Shown here piece by piece: positions 5,239 through 5,372 of a stretch of 5,372 nucleotides of DNA. A model generated the notes under the pieces. That model searched no databases, was not told the origin of the DNA, and saw only the letters and a list, made by a program, of their open reading frames with translations. The stretch's first letter is position 1; every line of letters begins with the position of its first letter. The stretch is from a virus (Duplodnaviria > Heunggongvirae > Uroviricota > Caudoviricetes): IMG/VR virus record IMGVR_UViG_2778261418_000009, positions 1 through 5,372 of that record, one strand, 5' to 3'. Made by a program: the position numbers and the translations under genes.

Positions 5239-5372
5239 ATGGATACTATCGATCTTGACAACAGCGAATCTCTGGTATGTGGCGTGTTCCCCAACCAGGA
5301 CGGTACGTTCACCGCGATGACGTATACCAAAAGCAAAACGTTTAAAACCGAAAATGGTGCCCGTCGCTGGCT
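5239..5372 (+). CDS. Unrecognised protein in the rex/sieB-equivalent slot, N-terminal part only (runs off the right edge)
   Basis: ATG 5239 preceded by GAGGT at about 5 nt. Frame open to the window end (MDTIDLDNSESLVCGVFPNQDGTFTAMTYTKSKTFKTENGARRW...). An in-frame ATG at 5158 with a weaker SD (GAGG, about 9 nt) is an alternative start. Not in the ORF track because no stop lies inside the window. Confidence 0.5.
   Translation, partial: MDTIDLDNSESLVCGVFPNQDGTFTAMTYTKSKTFKTENGARRW

Larger units (their letters stand above)
1..5372. mobile_element. Segment of a lambdoid prophage (immunity, replication and nin-like early region); element boundaries lie outside the window
   Basis: Gene order and content: divergent cI-like repressor and cro-like gene around an A/T-rich operator region, a CII-analogue, an initiator gene with internal iterons, then small overlapping genes and an HNH endonuclease. 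Most genes are on the - strand with RBS-supported, stop/start-overlapping junctions. No att site, integrase or tRNA seen, so boundaries cannot be placed. Confidence 0.75.

Noticed and set aside
1-5372. CRISPR arrays, tRNA or rRNA genes, integrase or transposase, att sites
   Set aside because: No spacer-interspersed repeat array, no tRNA-like cloverleaf region and no recombinase-like ORF found. The only regular repeats are the iteron arrays and the 6-bp tandem inside the initiator gene.

Overview
This window reads as the early (immunity, replication and nin-like) region of a lambdoid enterobacterial prophage of the Rac/CP-933P type. All calls come from reading the sequence and the ORF track by hand; no homology search was run, so family assignments rest on motifs and gene order. 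A cI-like repressor (HTH plus S24 peptidase) sits on the + strand at 4308..4946, and a compact operator/promoter region at 4217..4307 separates it from a leftward operon on the - strand. That operon runs: Cro/YdaS-like HTH protein, YdaT-like (CII-functional-analogue family) protein, a replication initiator with two phased arrays of CGTGAC iteron-like repeats inside its coding sequence, three small unrecognised proteins (one strongly acidic), a structured intergenic region, then a tightly coupled cassette of three small proteins plus an HNH endonuclease, and a further gene truncated at the left edge. Downstream of cI, in the slot lambda uses for rexAB, a gene with its own sigma70-like promoter starts and runs off the right edge; this is the best candidate for an undescribed accessory or exclusion function, but only about 44 codons are visible. 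No tRNA, rRNA, CRISPR array, integrase or transposase is visible.
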